DNA of 61,807 bases, counting the filler. It is 8 parts of 8 records of this genome, joined end to end, with 100 filler letters (N's around TTAATTAATTAA, not from the genome) between each part and the next. Parts side by side here need not be neighbours in the genome. Positions count along the whole stretch, not along the records: positions 1 to 5,687 come from DRR723986_13601; positions 5,788 to 15,803 come from DRR723986_13602; 6 more parts are not named here. The stretch is one strand, 5' to 3'. Below, piece after piece: positions 1 through 10,021 of this stretch. Under the pieces are notes generated by a model. It had not been told where the DNA came from. It ran no database searches and saw nothing but the letters and a program-made list of their open reading frames with translations. Position numbers and translations under genes: made by a program. Positions within the stretch are counted from its first letter, which is position 1. Each line of letters starts with the position of its first letter.

Positions 1-975
1 ATAGGCGCGCAGCGCGTGCTGCACCCGGTTACCCAACTGACCGAGCACGGAATCCGGTATGTCTGCCGGGCTCTGGCTTATGAAGTACACGCCTACGCCC
101 TTGGAGCGAATCAGCCGGACGACCTGTTCGATCTTTTCCAGCAGTGCCTTGGGTGCATCGCGAAACAGCAGGTGTGCCTCGTCGAAGAAAAATACCAGCA
201 CCGGTTTGTCCGGATCGCCAAGTTCGGGCAGGTTCTCGAACATTTCCGACAGCAGCCAGAGCAGGAAGGTAGAGTAGACCCTGGGACTCTGGATCAGGGT
301 GTCGGCGGCCAAAACATTGATCACGCCGCGGCCGTCCCGTTCAATTTGCATAAAGTCCTGCAGCTGCAGGGCCGGTTCGCCGAAGAAGTGCTTGCCGCCC
401 TCGCGTTCCAGCATAAGCAGGCGACGCAGGATGGCATTGATCGAGGCCTTTGATACGCCGAAGCCGGTGCCCAGCTCCGCCGTATTGTTTCCAAGGTATT
501 CCAGCGAAGTGCGCAGGTCGGCGAGGTCGACCAGCAGCATACCTTCCCGGTCGGCGAACTCGAAAACCAGGGTGACGACGCTCTCCTGGGTCTCGTTGAG
601 GTCCAGCAGGCGGGAGATCAGCTGTGGACCCATTTCGCTAATCGTCGAGCGAACCGGGGTACCTTTCTTGCCAAACAGGTCCCAGAAGGCCACCGGGTAG
701 CCGCGCTGGCTGTAGTTCTGGATGCCGATTTTCTGTACCCGCTCGTCAACCTTCGGGTGGGGCGTGCCTGCCTGGCTGATGCCGGAAATATCGCCTTTCA
801 CGTCCGCCATGAACACCGGTACACCGATGTCGGAAAACCCCTCCGCAAGGCATTGCAGGGTGACTGTCTTGCCGGTGCCGGTGGCTCCGGCGATCAGGCC
901 GTGTCGATTGGCATACCGGGGGTTGAGGAATACCTGTCCCGCGTCGCTGCCGCCTATCAGAATGCCGTCGTCCAT
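1..975 (-). CDS. DUF853/YjgR HerA-like ATPase, 3'-truncated at window start; not in ORF track
   Basis: Minus-strand reading from ATG at 975: MDDGILIGGSDAGQVFLNPRYANRHGLIAGATGTGKTVTLQCLAEGFSDIGVPVFMADVKGD. Walker A GATGTGKT and the DVKGD motif are present, with a purine-rich RBS upstream. Confidence 0.9.
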   Translation of the reverse strand, partial: MDDGILIGGSDAGQVFLNPRYANRHGLIAGATGTGKTVTLQCLAEGFSDIGVPVFMADVKGDISGISQAGTPHPKVDERVQKIGIQNYSQRGYPVAFWDLFGKKGTPVRSTISEMGPQLISRLLDLNETQESVVTLVFEFADREGMLLVDLADLRTSLEYLGNNTAELGTGFGVSKASINAILRRLLMLEREGGKHFFGEPALQLQDFMQIERDGRGVINVLAADTLIQSPRVYSTFLLWLLSEMFENLPELGDPDKPVLVFFFDEAHLLFRDAPKALLEKIEQVVRLIRSKGVGVYFISQSPADIPDSVLGQLGNRVQHALRAY

Positions 976-1099
976 CGCTATGCTTCTCTCCCGATTACCT
1001 GCCGGTCTAGACTAGGCGCTGGCGCGTTGGATTGCCAGCCCGCGACTAGGCGCGGAGCCTGCCAGCTGCTATTTTAAGTCGCTCATAAGGAGGGCGGAG

Positions 1100-2002
1100 A
1101 TGCGGTGGAAGGGTCGCAGACAGAGTAACAACGTCGAGGACCGCCGGGGGCAGGGCGCGAGCTACTCAGGGGCGGCCGCTGCGCCCCTTATCCTGCGTTT
1201 CCTTCCGGCGCTCGTTCGAACTCGCACCGGCCGCACTATCCTGATCGTCGGCGTGCTGGCGCTTGTGGGTAGCCGGCTGTTGGGGATCGATTTGCTGCCC
1301 CTGCTGCTTGGCGGCGGCGGGGGGAGTGACAGCCAGCAGTATCAGCCGACGGCCGCAGAGCAGCAGTTGGTAGAGTTTGTTTCGGTGGTGCTTGCAGATA
1401 CCGAGGATAGCTGGTCGGCCCGTTTTGCGGAGCGTGGTGCCAGTTACCGCGAGCCTGCTCTGGTGCTGTTCACCGGGCAGGTCAATTCGGCCTGTGGCTC
1501 GGCGTCTGCCGCCGTCGGCCCGTTCTACTGTCCCGGCGACCAGAAGCTCTATCTGGACCTGTCGTTTTTTGACGAACTGGCACGTCGGCATGGATCGCCC
1601 GGCGATTTTGCCCAGGCTTACGTCGTCGCCCACGAAGTGGGCCATCATGTACAAACCCTGCTGGGAATCAGTGACAACGTTCGCGCCGCTGGCCGCGGGC
1701 GCAGCGCCGCCGAGGTGAATGCGCTGTCAGTCCGGCAGGAACTGCAGGCGGACTGTTTCGCTGGCCTGTGGGCGCACTCCGCCAATAATGACCGGCAACT
1801 GCTCGATCCGGGCGACCTCGAAGAGGCCTTGACCGCCGCCAGCGCCATCGGTGACGACAGGCTGCAGCGCGAAGCAGGTGGCCGGGTGGTGCCCGACAGC
1901 TTTACCCATGGCAGTTCGGCCCAGCGAGTACGCTGGTTCCGGGAAGGTTTTGAGTCCGGAGACTTCGACCGCTGCGATACCTTCGCTGCCCCGGCTGGGT
2001 AG
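1100..2002 (+). CDS. Neutral zinc metallopeptidase, YpfJ-like
   Basis: MRWKGRRQSNNVEDRRG N-terminus, GPFYCP, AHEVGHH (HExxH), ELQADC, FTHGSSAQR. Confidence 0.9.
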   Translation: MRWKGRRQSNNVEDRRGQGASYSGAAAAPLILRFLPALVRTRTGRTILIVGVLALVGSRLLGIDLLPLLLGGGGGSDSQQYQPTAAEQQLVEFVSVVLADTEDSWSARFAERGASYREPALVLFTGQVNSACGSASAAVGPFYCPGDQKLYLDLSFFDELARRHGSPGDFAQAYVVAHEVGHHVQTLLGISDNVRAAGRGRSAAEVNALSVRQELQADCFAGLWAHSANNDRQLLDPGDLEEALTAASAIGDDRLQREAGGRVVPDSFTHGSSAQRVRWFREGFESGDFDRCDTFAAPAG

Positions 2003-2021
2003 CAAAGGCTCGCTACCGCGC

Positions 2022-3638
2022 TTAATCGCTGCGCTTGGGTTTCACCTTGCGGGTCGCCCTGGCCTTGGGTTTGGCCGCGGTTTTGGGTTTCGCTGCTGTG
2101 GATGACCTGGTCGGCGCTTTCTTGCTGGCCGGAGCTGCCGCTTTTCCGGAGGCAGGCTTTTTGCGTGCCGCTGCTTTCTTTTTTGCCGGCGCTTTACTGC
2201 GAGCGGGCTTTGCGCCGGCCTTGCGTTTCGCTGGCACGCTGCGCAGTCCGGCTACTTGCTCCAGTTCCTGCAATGATTCCTCGAGGTAGTCGATGAAGCG
2301 CTGGATTTGCGGTAGCGAGCGACGGCAGGCGACGATGCCGAAGTCGAGATTCTTGTGGTAGCTGACCAGGGTAATATTCATTGCGAAGCCGTCGAACACG
2401 ATGGATGCGGGGTAGATGCCGTCTAGACTTGCCCCATTCCAGTACAGCTGCTCGCGCGGTCCCGGGACGTTCGATACGACGGTGCTGAACGCAGGGAATG
2501 TGGCCGCAAGACCAAGCACCGAGGTGAGTACTGCCGGCAGTTGGGTGAGCTGCATGAACAGCGCCGCTTCCCGGGATGACAGGTCGCCCAGCAGTTCCTT
2601 GCCCGCTCGCATGGATTCCTGGATCGCCCGCAGGCGCTTCTCGGGATCTGCGATGTTGGTCGCCAGGTCAGCGGTGATAAAACCAACCGCGTTGGCCGAT
2701 TCAAGGTCGCCTTCCTCGCGCAGCGATACGGGTGCCATCGCCTTCAGGGAGTGCTTCGGCAGTTCATCCCGTACCAGTAGATAGTGGCGCAGCGCCCCGG
2801 CACACATGGCCAGGACGATGTCGTTCAGGGTGCCGTCAAAGGCCCGGCACACTGCCTTGACCCGGTCAAATTCCCAGGACTGCGCAACGAAGCGCCGCGC
2901 TCCGCTGACCCGGGTATTGATCGAGGTGCGGGGTACATTGTGCCAGGGCACCGCGAGATTCCCCGAGCGGCCGAAAAACGCCCCACCGAAGCGGCGCATA
3001 GCGCCAACCAGGTTGACGCTGGAATCATACTGCTGCTTGAGGGCCTCGATGACATTGCGCAGTTCCCGCTCCTTGGGCTCGATCCTGTGCGGGCGGTTGC
3101 CATACTTTTTCTGCTTGTACAGCTCGTAGGCCTCCTGCGACAGCGGAGCATGGTTGATACGTCCCCGGGGGCTGGTTGAGCACATGCCGCGAGTAATATG
3201 CATGGCACCGATGCCATCGATCGCAGCGTGGTGCATCTTGTTGTAAACGGCGAACTGGCGGTTCTGCAGGCCCTCGATCAGGTGGATCTCCCAGAGCGGT
3301 CGGTTGCGATCCAGCAAGGTGCTGTGCAGACGGGATGCGAGGATGAACAGTTCCCGGTAGCGCCCCGGGCTGGGCAGTGCGGAGTGGCGGATGTGGTAGT
3401 CCAGGTCGAGATTCTCGTCTTTCTCCCAGTACAGCCCCAGCGGCGCGGTCTTGACGTATTCGCCGAACGGTTTGCGAAATTCCCGGGCGTTGCGCAGTAC
3501 CTGCATTATCCCGGCGAGGAATTCTTTCTCATCGGCGCCTTTGGGCAGGGTAAACAGGTTGATGCCCCCGACGTGCATGGGTGTTTCGCGCTTTTCTGCC
3601 AGCAGGAAGCCGGCGTCGGAGAGTTCAATGCGTCGCAT
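2022..3638 (-). CDS. Wax ester synthase/diacylglycerol acyltransferase (WS/DGAT) with Lys/Ala/Pro-rich C-terminal tail
   Basis: HHAAIDG (HHxxxDG), PMHVG, RPLWE and SNVPGP motifs. Start placed at ATG 3638 from GGAGG spacing. Confidence 0.93.
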   Translation of the reverse strand: MRRIELSDAGFLLAEKRETPMHVGGINLFTLPKGADEKEFLAGIMQVLRNAREFRKPFGEYVKTAPLGLYWEKDENLDLDYHIRHSALPSPGRYRELFILASRLHSTLLDRNRPLWEIHLIEGLQNRQFAVYNKMHHAAIDGIGAMHITRGMCSTSPRGRINHAPLSQEAYELYKQKKYGNRPHRIEPKERELRNVIEALKQQYDSSVNLVGAMRRFGGAFFGRSGNLAVPWHNVPRTSINTRVSGARRFVAQSWEFDRVKAVCRAFDGTLNDIVLAMCAGALRHYLLVRDELPKHSLKAMAPVSLREEGDLESANAVGFITADLATNIADPEKRLRAIQESMRAGKELLGDLSSREAALFMQLTQLPAVLTSVLGLAATFPAFSTVVSNVPGPREQLYWNGASLDGIYPASIVFDGFAMNITLVSYHKNLDFGIVACRRSLPQIQRFIDYLEESLQELEQVAGLRSVPAKRKAGAKPARSKAPAKKKAAARKKPASGKAAAPASKKAPTRSSTAAKPKTAAKPKARATRKVKPKRSD

Positions 3639-3777
3639 GATGATCATTCCTCCAGTAACCACTAGTGTTATAGACTGAATAACCCACCGGGGAAAGTCCC
3701 GCAGAGCAAATGCGCAGGGTTCTGGTGGTGACAGCCGGATAGCCGGCCGGGTTTCTTAACAGTCTTTCCAGGGATTC

Positions 3778-5175
3778 TTGATGATCAAGTTTGCAGCTGT
3801 CTTGTTACTGGGTGTCGCGCCGCTGATGGCGTCTGCCCAGGATCGAATCAATTCCGAGCATGCCCAGCGTACGCTCGACATCTACCGCACCATTGTCGAG
3901 GTAGATACCTCGAAGAAGATGGGAAACACGCTCAAGGTCGCCAATTACCTCGCCGCCCAGTTGATAGCCGGGGGGCTTGCGGAAAGCGACGTCTCGGTTA
4001 TTCCCAAGGACGACTTCGCGGTACTGGTCGCGCGCTACCGGGGTGACGGCTCCTCCGGCAAAAAACCGATTCTGCTGCTGGGTCACATGGACGTGGTGGA
4101 AGCGCTGGCGGAAGACTGGGAGCGTCCGCCGTTTACCCTGACCCAGGACGAGGTTAACTTCTATGCCCGGGGATCCCTCGATAACAAGTTCGGTGTGGCG
4201 CAGCTGACCTCGACCTTCATTCGCCTGAAGCAGGAGGGCTTTGTGCCGAACCGCGACCTGATCATCGCCTTCTCGGGTGATGAGGAGAGCGGCATGGTAA
4301 CCACGCGCATGATGGCCTTCGATCTGCCGGAGCTGGCGGAGGCGGAATATGCACTTAACTCGGATATTCCCGGTGGGGTACTGGATGCTGATGGCCGGGC
4401 TCTTAGTTTCAACATCCAGGCAGCCGAAAAGACCTATGCGACCTGGGAGCTGACCGTGCGTAATCCCGGTGGGCACAGCTCCAGGCCGCGTGAGGATAAC
4501 GCGATTTATGAGCTGGCGGATGCGGTAAAGGCCGTCCAGGCACACAAATTCCCGGTCCGCTGGAGCGAGATGACCCTCGCGTACTTTGAAGCAATAGGCC
4601 GGCAAAAGGGTGGAGAGCTTGGCGATACCATGGTCCGTTTCGCCTTGAACCCGGATGACGAGCACGCGGCCGAAACCCTGTTCCGGGAGCCGTCCTACGT
4701 GGGCTCCACCCGCACCACCTGTGTGGTTACCATGTTACGGGCCGGTCACGCGGAAAACGCGTTACCGCAATCGGCCACCGCCACGGTGAATTGCCGCATC
4801 TTCCCCGGGGTCAGTGTGGCCCAGATCGAAGCGGAGCTGACCCGGGTCGTTGCCAACGAGGGGGTAGAGTTCACCCTGTTGGGTGACCCCACGGTCAGCC
4901 CGATTTCAGAACTTCGCCAGGATGTGATCGCCGCGGTAGGTAAGGCGGTGCACAGTCGCTATCCGGACATTCCGCTTATCGGTTACATGTCTTCCGGCGG
5001 TACGGATGCGATGCATTTCCGCAAGGCCGGGATTCCTACCTGGGGCGTGGGTGGCCTGTTCATGGATCCGGACGAGATGTTCGCCCACGGTCTCAACGAG
5101 CGGGTGCCGATCAAGTCATTCTACGATGCCCTGGATCACTGGAGCATCATCCTGCGCGAGCTGGCAGGTTCCTGA
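3778..5175 (+). CDS. Secreted M20/M25/M40 family metallopeptidase
   Basis: Signal peptide, GHMDVV, RGSLDNK, GDEES, GGHSS, AHGLNE. Confidence 0.9.
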   Translation: MMIKFAAVLLLGVAPLMASAQDRINSEHAQRTLDIYRTIVEVDTSKKMGNTLKVANYLAAQLIAGGLAESDVSVIPKDDFAVLVARYRGDGSSGKKPILLLGHMDVVEALAEDWERPPFTLTQDEVNFYARGSLDNKFGVAQLTSTFIRLKQEGFVPNRDLIIAFSGDEESGMVTTRMMAFDLPELAEAEYALNSDIPGGVLDADGRALSFNIQAAEKTYATWELTVRNPGGHSSRPREDNAIYELADAVKAVQAHKFPVRWSEMTLAYFEAIGRQKGGELGDTMVRFALNPDDEHAAETLFREPSYVGSTRTTCVVTMLRAGHAENALPQSATATVNCRIFPGVSVAQIEAELTRVVANEGVEFTLLGDPTVSPISELRQDVIAAVGKAVHSRYPDIPLIGYMSSGGTDAMHFRKAGIPTWGVGGLFMDPDEMFAHGLNERVPIKSFYDALDHWSIILRELAGS

Positions 5176-5184
5176 TCACTCGGC

Positions 5185-5687
5185 TCAGCGAATAAACAGG
5201 ACCTGGCCCCCGGCGGCGTCGATGGCCTGTTCCAGTTCGGGTGAAGGGGTCGCGGGCAAAGTGTCTCGTGGAATCAGCAGCAGGTCGTAGGCCGACTGGC
5301 CGATCAGCTGGGCCAGCGCCTGCGGTGTTGCGCTGAAATTGGACTGGATACAGAGCCGGCTGCCGGTTGCCGCAAGCCGGTCCAGCACCAGCGCTGGCGG
5401 CTCGCCACGGCTGTGCACATCGATTCTTGCTGGCGGGCCCAGCGATTGCAGTGCCGTCGCCACCGCGACAAGCTCCGCGTCCTGATCACCACCTGACAGC
5501 ACTAGACCGAGGCGGGCAACACGTCTGGCACCGGGTATATAGCTCGCGCTCACCAGTTGCCAGCGTGCCCTTGCCGGGATAAACACGTCCAGCTGTCCAT
5601 CCCGGGTCAGTGCCGAGTGCAAACGGTCACCGGCACCGCTCTCAAAATGCAGTTCAACCCGGGCCCGGGAAGCCAGCTCATCAAGTA
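5185..5687 (-). CDS. Hypothetical protein, C-terminal part, truncated by contig end
   Basis: Open frame converging on the M20 gene; no motif recognised. Confidence 0.5.
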
Positions 5688-5787
5688 NNNNNNNNNNNNN
5701 NNNNNNNNNNNNNNNNNNNNNNNNNNNNNNNTTAATTAATTAANNNNNNNNNNNNNNNNNNNNNNNNNNNNNNNNNNNNNNNNNNNN
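5688..5787. other. Artificial contig spacer (N run with TTAATTAATTAA); same spacer at 15804-15903, 26982-27081, 32686-32785, 43263-43362, 50076-50175 and 56181-56280
   Basis: Seven 100-nt spacers with stops in all frames; composition and gene content change across them. Confidence 0.98.
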
Positions 5788-5877
5788 CCTGTCCCGCCAC
5801 TGCGGGAGTCTTCGGTCACTAATTCTGAGCGAAGCCGAAGTACCGATCTTCCAACCTGGTAAGCAAAAAATCTAAGG

Positions 5878-5905
5878 TGACTGGCATCAGTGCGGATAAT
5901 CATAT
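5878..5905 (+). repeat. 28-bp repeat TGACTGGCATCAGTGCGGATAATCATAT; inverted copy at 15776-15803
   Basis: Reverse complement of 15776-15803 is TGACTGGCATCATTGCGGATAATCATAT (1 mismatch). Confidence 0.9.
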
Positions 5906-5971
5906 TCTATAATATGGTTAATGTGGTTTTTGGCTTTTCAAAGGAAATGGATAGAAAAACTCCATGGTCAA

Positions 5972-5985
5972 TTGATCTAAATCAA
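5972..5985. promoter_or_regulatory. Crp/Fnr-type box TTGAT-CTAA-ATCAA upstream of the DUF4097 gene
   Basis: Exact TTGAT-N4-ATCAA match about 106 bp before the ATG, but in AT-rich DNA. Confidence 0.5.
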
Positions 5986-6091
5986 GGAATATTTTATTTA
6001 GAAACCTGAAATTCAGCTCGGCGTACTATGGTATGCAAGCAGACTAGTTAATTTATATTTTCAACAGTTAATTCTGAAATGCTATCTGTTT

Positions 6092-7036
6092 ATGAGAACA
6101 AAACAAAGTAAATTTCGATTAGTGGCAATTGCACTAGTGAGTACTACAATTGCATCTTTGACGTCTTGTGATACTAACCTTGAGTTGGTGCAGTCAATCA
6201 ATGAAGAGTTCACCGACGTGAATTCAATAGAAATAGAATCATCCTTTTTGGATGTATCCTATATAGGAAATCCTGATATGGAGTCTGTACAGCTAATTGG
6301 GGCTTTGGAATCCAGTAAAGCTGGAAATTTTGCGATCGAATACAGAGTGGATCAGAATACGCTGATCATAGAAGTAGTAAGACATGGAATGGGAGGCGGA
6401 AACAGCCGCGGATATATTAATCTAACGGGACCTCAACATATGAATATGAATTTGGAGGCAGGTTCAGGAAATATTCAAATTCATCAAGTGACTGCTCAGA
6501 AATTTGAATTCGATGGAGGTTCTGGAAATATTGAACTAGGTGATATCAAAGCACCGCTTTTGGAATTGAAATTAAGTTCAGGTAAGATTAATGCTTATGA
6601 TCTCATTGGAGATGTTGAGTTGGAAATTTCTTCTGGGAATGCAAGTATTTCCAATCTAGAAGGAGATTTGAATGCAGTAGGATCAAGTGGGAAGTTTAAT
6701 TTCAAATTGATTAGTGGAAAGGTTAATAGTTCTTTAAACTCAGGAAATGGAATTTTGAACGGAGTTCAGGAGCTAGGCAAATTGAAGATTTCCTCAGGAA
6801 ATTATACTGTTAACAATTCTTACTTTGGTTCAAATACTCAATTTGAAGGATCTTCTGGAAATTTTGACATACAGACAAATTCCGATTTGAGCGATTTTAA
6901 CTTTGATCTTAAAACCTCCAGTGGAAATATTAGAGTTGGAGGTAGTAATTCTTCTGGCAGTTTGAAGATAGATAACGGGTCTCCTTATACCGTGTCAGGT
7001 GTTGTTTCAAGTGGCAACATTAAAATAGGGAACTAG
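6092..7036 (+). CDS. DUF4097-type beta-strand repeat lipoprotein
   Basis: Lipobox LTSC; repeated SSG(N/K)I motifs. Confidence 0.8.
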   Translation: MRTKQSKFRLVAIALVSTTIASLTSCDTNLELVQSINEEFTDVNSIEIESSFLDVSYIGNPDMESVQLIGALESSKAGNFAIEYRVDQNTLIIEVVRHGMGGGNSRGYINLTGPQHMNMNLEAGSGNIQIHQVTAQKFEFDGGSGNIELGDIKAPLLELKLSSGKINAYDLIGDVELEISSGNASISNLEGDLNAVGSSGKFNFKLISGKVNSSLNSGNGILNGVQELGKLKISSGNYTVNNSYFGSNTQFEGSSGNFDIQTNSDLSDFNFDLKTSSGNIRVGGSNSSGSLKIDNGSPYTVSGVVSSGNIKIGN

Positions 7037-7062
7037 TGAAAAGTTGTTTTCACATCACCCAG

Positions 7063-7087
7063 AAACCCGGCTAAGGCCGGGTTTTTT
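7063..7087 (+). terminator. Rho-independent terminator
   Basis: AAACCCGGC-TAAG-GCCGGGTTT followed by a T run, between convergent genes. Confidence 0.85.
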
Positions 7088-7173
7088 GTTCAGGTAATTG
7101 CCGGATTTTTCAGAGTATGGCCGAACCATTATAGACCTGATGTTTTGTAGAGGAATAGAAGAACTGCTTAATG

Positions 7174-8943
7174 TTAAAAAATCACTTGCAACCCACCACT
7201 AACGCTTCCATAACTCCTGTAAATGCCATTTAACGTAGTTTTTTCCAGGATATTCCAACCTTTGGTGAAATCCTCCTGCCCAGGATCCAGGAAGGCAAAA
7301 TTCAAGCTCGGGCCAGCAAAGATTCGCAGATGATTCCCGAATTTAAAGCCAGGGAAGAGTCGAAATGACTGAATGTGGTTTGCTACTTCCACAAAATCAC
7401 TTGCTGTAAGCGAGACAAATTCTGTGTCCAAAGAAAACTTCTTTTCAGGAATCAGATGAATACCCAATCCTGCTTCAAGCCCGATTGGAGTATCTATATC
7501 TCTAAGGTTGTATGCCACTCCGAGAATTCCATACATTTTTCGGCCACCTGATCTAAAGTCAAAATGCGTGAACCCAGACTCATCAATGGAAAGTCCAAGA
7601 TTCTTCTCACCATTTTTTATGAAGTTCAACAGGCCAATAGGATAATCACTTTCCTGGGCACTATTGATCAAAGCAACTTGAAATCCATTGACGACTTTTG
7701 CTCTATTATAAATGGACGTTATTTGATTGTCAACAGACTCTCCTGCGATATTTGATATGCCCGCTAACTGGAAGCCAGCTGATTTTGAGGTATTATTAGT
7801 GATTCCGGCAAGTTGAAAATGTCTGGATTGATCAGCATGATTTACAATTCCCGCAATTTGCACCGTAGCTGTATCCTTGACATAATTGGCTATTCCGCCT
7901 ACCTGAAGGCCTTTTACATTGCCCTTTACTTGATTTAAAATTCCTCCAACTTGCAGTCCATCTACGTTTTTGTACACAGAATTATAAATTCCACCTACTT
8001 GCAAACCTTTGGAACTTCCCCCAACCAAGTTGAAAATCCCGGCTACTTGTAGTGACTTAACATCCCGCTTGTTGATGTTAAAAATCCCAGCTACTTCCAT
8101 TCCTTCGATTCCAGCTGTATATCCGCCGATTAGGTTGAGCGAAAACTTACTGATGGTCTGACTACTGAACATTCCTTTGGTACTTAAACCAGGAATCAAG
8201 GACATTTGCACAGGGCTTTCAGCAAAGAAACTTCCCATGTTGATGCCCTGAAGCCTTTGCTTAAAACCTATAAAAGCCTTTCCTAGGAAACTCTCTTCTA
8301 AGGATTTTGTAGCACTATCACCAGGAATGTATCGGAATCTACGGTTCTCCTTCTCTGCTACAATACTCACCGTTGGCAAAAGCAAAAAGGTGGTATCACG
8401 ATAATTTTCCTTGCTCAGGGTAAGCCAAATTGAAGAATCCTTCTTTTTATATTTTAATTTGAAATAGCCATTTTTGTCCGTCAGGGTGGAAGCAAGGCTG
8501 TTTTTATCATAAATACTCGCTTGGCTCACCACCTCTTGTGTCTGTACATTTTTGATGTAGCCCTTTACCGTTACGGTATTGAATCGGGTGTCCATTTCTG
8601 CATCCAGATCTAGTTTCTCAGGAGCAAATCGAATGATAATATAGCCAGGGAGTTCCTTGTATTCATAGTCATCTCCCAATTCTTTCAGTAAAAAATCGCC
8701 TATGGAACCTGAGAATTTGGGGGCTTCCAGCGTTTTGTTCAGTTCCAAAAGGCTGCTTTCGTAGGAAAAATAGAAATTATTTTGGGCAGAAAGGGAGTCA
8801 AGCATTTGCCGTAAACTCAATTCTTCATCTGATTCTATTTTGATTTTCTTTTCAAGCATCATTTGTGAAAAACCTTCTAATGAACACAGCAAAAAAGCCA
8901 AGGTTAGGAGACAGAATCTAAAAAATGAGTTGAATCGCAGCAT
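7174..8943 (-). CDS. Outer-membrane protein: signal peptide, STN-like signalling domain, carboxypeptidase-regulatory-like domain, 15-aa solenoid repeats, C-terminal beta-barrel-like region
   Basis: LRQMLDSLSAQNNFYFSY (STN-like); VKGYIKNVQTQEVVSQASI...TDKNGYFKL; GLQVGGIxN repeats; C-terminal GGLQVIF. Confidence 0.75.
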   Translation of the reverse strand: MLRFNSFFRFCLLTLAFLLCSLEGFSQMMLEKKIKIESDEELSLRQMLDSLSAQNNFYFSYESSLLELNKTLEAPKFSGSIGDFLLKELGDDYEYKELPGYIIIRFAPEKLDLDAEMDTRFNTVTVKGYIKNVQTQEVVSQASIYDKNSLASTLTDKNGYFKLKYKKKDSSIWLTLSKENYRDTTFLLLPTVSIVAEKENRRFRYIPGDSATKSLEESFLGKAFIGFKQRLQGINMGSFFAESPVQMSLIPGLSTKGMFSSQTISKFSLNLIGGYTAGIEGMEVAGIFNINKRDVKSLQVAGIFNLVGGSSKGLQVGGIYNSVYKNVDGLQVGGILNQVKGNVKGLQVGGIANYVKDTATVQIAGIVNHADQSRHFQLAGITNNTSKSAGFQLAGISNIAGESVDNQITSIYNRAKVVNGFQVALINSAQESDYPIGLLNFIKNGEKNLGLSIDESGFTHFDFRSGGRKMYGILGVAYNLRDIDTPIGLEAGLGIHLIPEKKFSLDTEFVSLTASDFVEVANHIQSFRLFPGFKFGNHLRIFAGPSLNFAFLDPGQEDFTKGWNILEKTTLNGIYRSYGSVSGGLQVIF

Positions 8944-8983
8944 TGATAACTTAGGATTAAAATCTGGGGTAATTTAACAAAGT

Positions 8984-9014
8984 AAGGACTATGATTTTTT
9001 CAACCATAGTCCTT
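8984..9014. other. Intergenic hairpin between fecR and the surface-protein gene
   Basis: AAGGACTATG...CATAGTCCTT, 10-bp stem. Confidence 0.55.
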
Positions 9015-9034
9015 TATTTCCATGAGAAAGTTTC

Positions 9035-10018
9035 TTACTGTATGATTATTCTCCCGCTTTGTTGAACGATTGTGAGGTTTAGCGTTTCTCTTAGCACTTC
9101 AAGATTCTTTTCTAGTGAGCCATATTCCAGCGTGGTGGTGATGGTCAATGTTTTCAATTCTCCTCTAGCGATTTCTATGTTTGAATCGTAGGCTTCATTT
9201 AATGACGCGACTAATTCCTGCAACGGAATTCCATCAGCTTGGAATCTTTTGCTGACGTAATAATTGTAAAGGTTATTGGATGGCGTAGTCTTCAGCATTT
9301 CTCCGGTTTCCTGATTTACAGAAAGTTTTTCTTCAGGTTTTAGAACTTCTTTTTTACCATCAATCTCAACTTGTACTGAACCAGTAACAACGATTACCTC
9401 AGTGATATTTCCAGTTGTTTTTACATGAAAACTTGTTCCAAGCACAGTGATTTGAACGCCTTCAGATTGAATTACAAACGGCTTATTTTCATTTCTTTTC
9501 ACATCAAAAAAGGCTTCTCCGCTTTTCAGGTTAACTATTCTTTGGCTTGCGAATAGCTTTTGGGAATAATTTAAAGCAGTATTCTTGTTTAACGTGATCT
9601 GGGTTCCGTCAAGTAACGGAACTTCGATAGGAGAATCTTCTGACTGAAGTTCAACGGAGCTAAAATATGCTTTTCCCGAGTGCGGTAGGAATGTCGAATA
9701 AACCCAAGCGGATACGAAAATCAAAGTAACTGCAGCTGCTACTCTAACCCAGTTGCTCTGTAAAAAGCGTTGATTCGACTGCAGTTTTTTAGCTTGTTGT
9801 TTGTCTCTAAGCTGTGTAAAATTCTGCCAAGCTTGGTTTTCATCCACTTCGCTTTTCTTCAAAAGCAAGCTACTGGAATCCCAGATCCACTTGATTTCTT
9901 CAAACTGTTTTTGGTTTGCTTCATCTTCCGAAATCCATTTCTGTATAGCTTTGGTCTCCTCGGCGTCACTTTCCTGAAGCAAATATTTGATCAATTTTTC
10001 TTCGTTCATGGTTTCCAT
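9035..10018 (-). CDS. FecR-family anti-sigma factor
   Basis: N-terminal W-containing anti-sigma region, one TM helix, LLDGTQITLNKNT, GEAFFDV, VLGTSF. Confidence 0.92.
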   Translation of the reverse strand: METMNEEKLIKYLLQESDAEETKAIQKWISEDEANQKQFEEIKWIWDSSSLLLKKSEVDENQAWQNFTQLRDKQQAKKLQSNQRFLQSNWVRVAAAVTLIFVSAWVYSTFLPHSGKAYFSSVELQSEDSPIEVPLLDGTQITLNKNTALNYSQKLFASQRIVNLKSGEAFFDVKRNENKPFVIQSEGVQITVLGTSFHVKTTGNITEVIVVTGSVQVEIDGKKEVLKPEEKLSVNQETGEMLKTTPSNNLYNYYVSKRFQADGIPLQELVASLNEAYDSNIEIARGELKTLTITTTLEYGSLEKNLEVLRETLNLTIVQQSGRIIIQ

Positions 10019-10021
10019 AGC

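Noticed and set aside
1010-1053. Possible sigma-54 promoter and a GACTAGGCGC direct repeat
   Set aside because: The GG-to-GC spacing is 11 nt rather than 10, and one 10-bp repeat is too weak to call.
16-1077. Several plus-strand ORFs at the window start
   Set aside because: They are antisense to the DUF853 ATPase, which has clear motifs.
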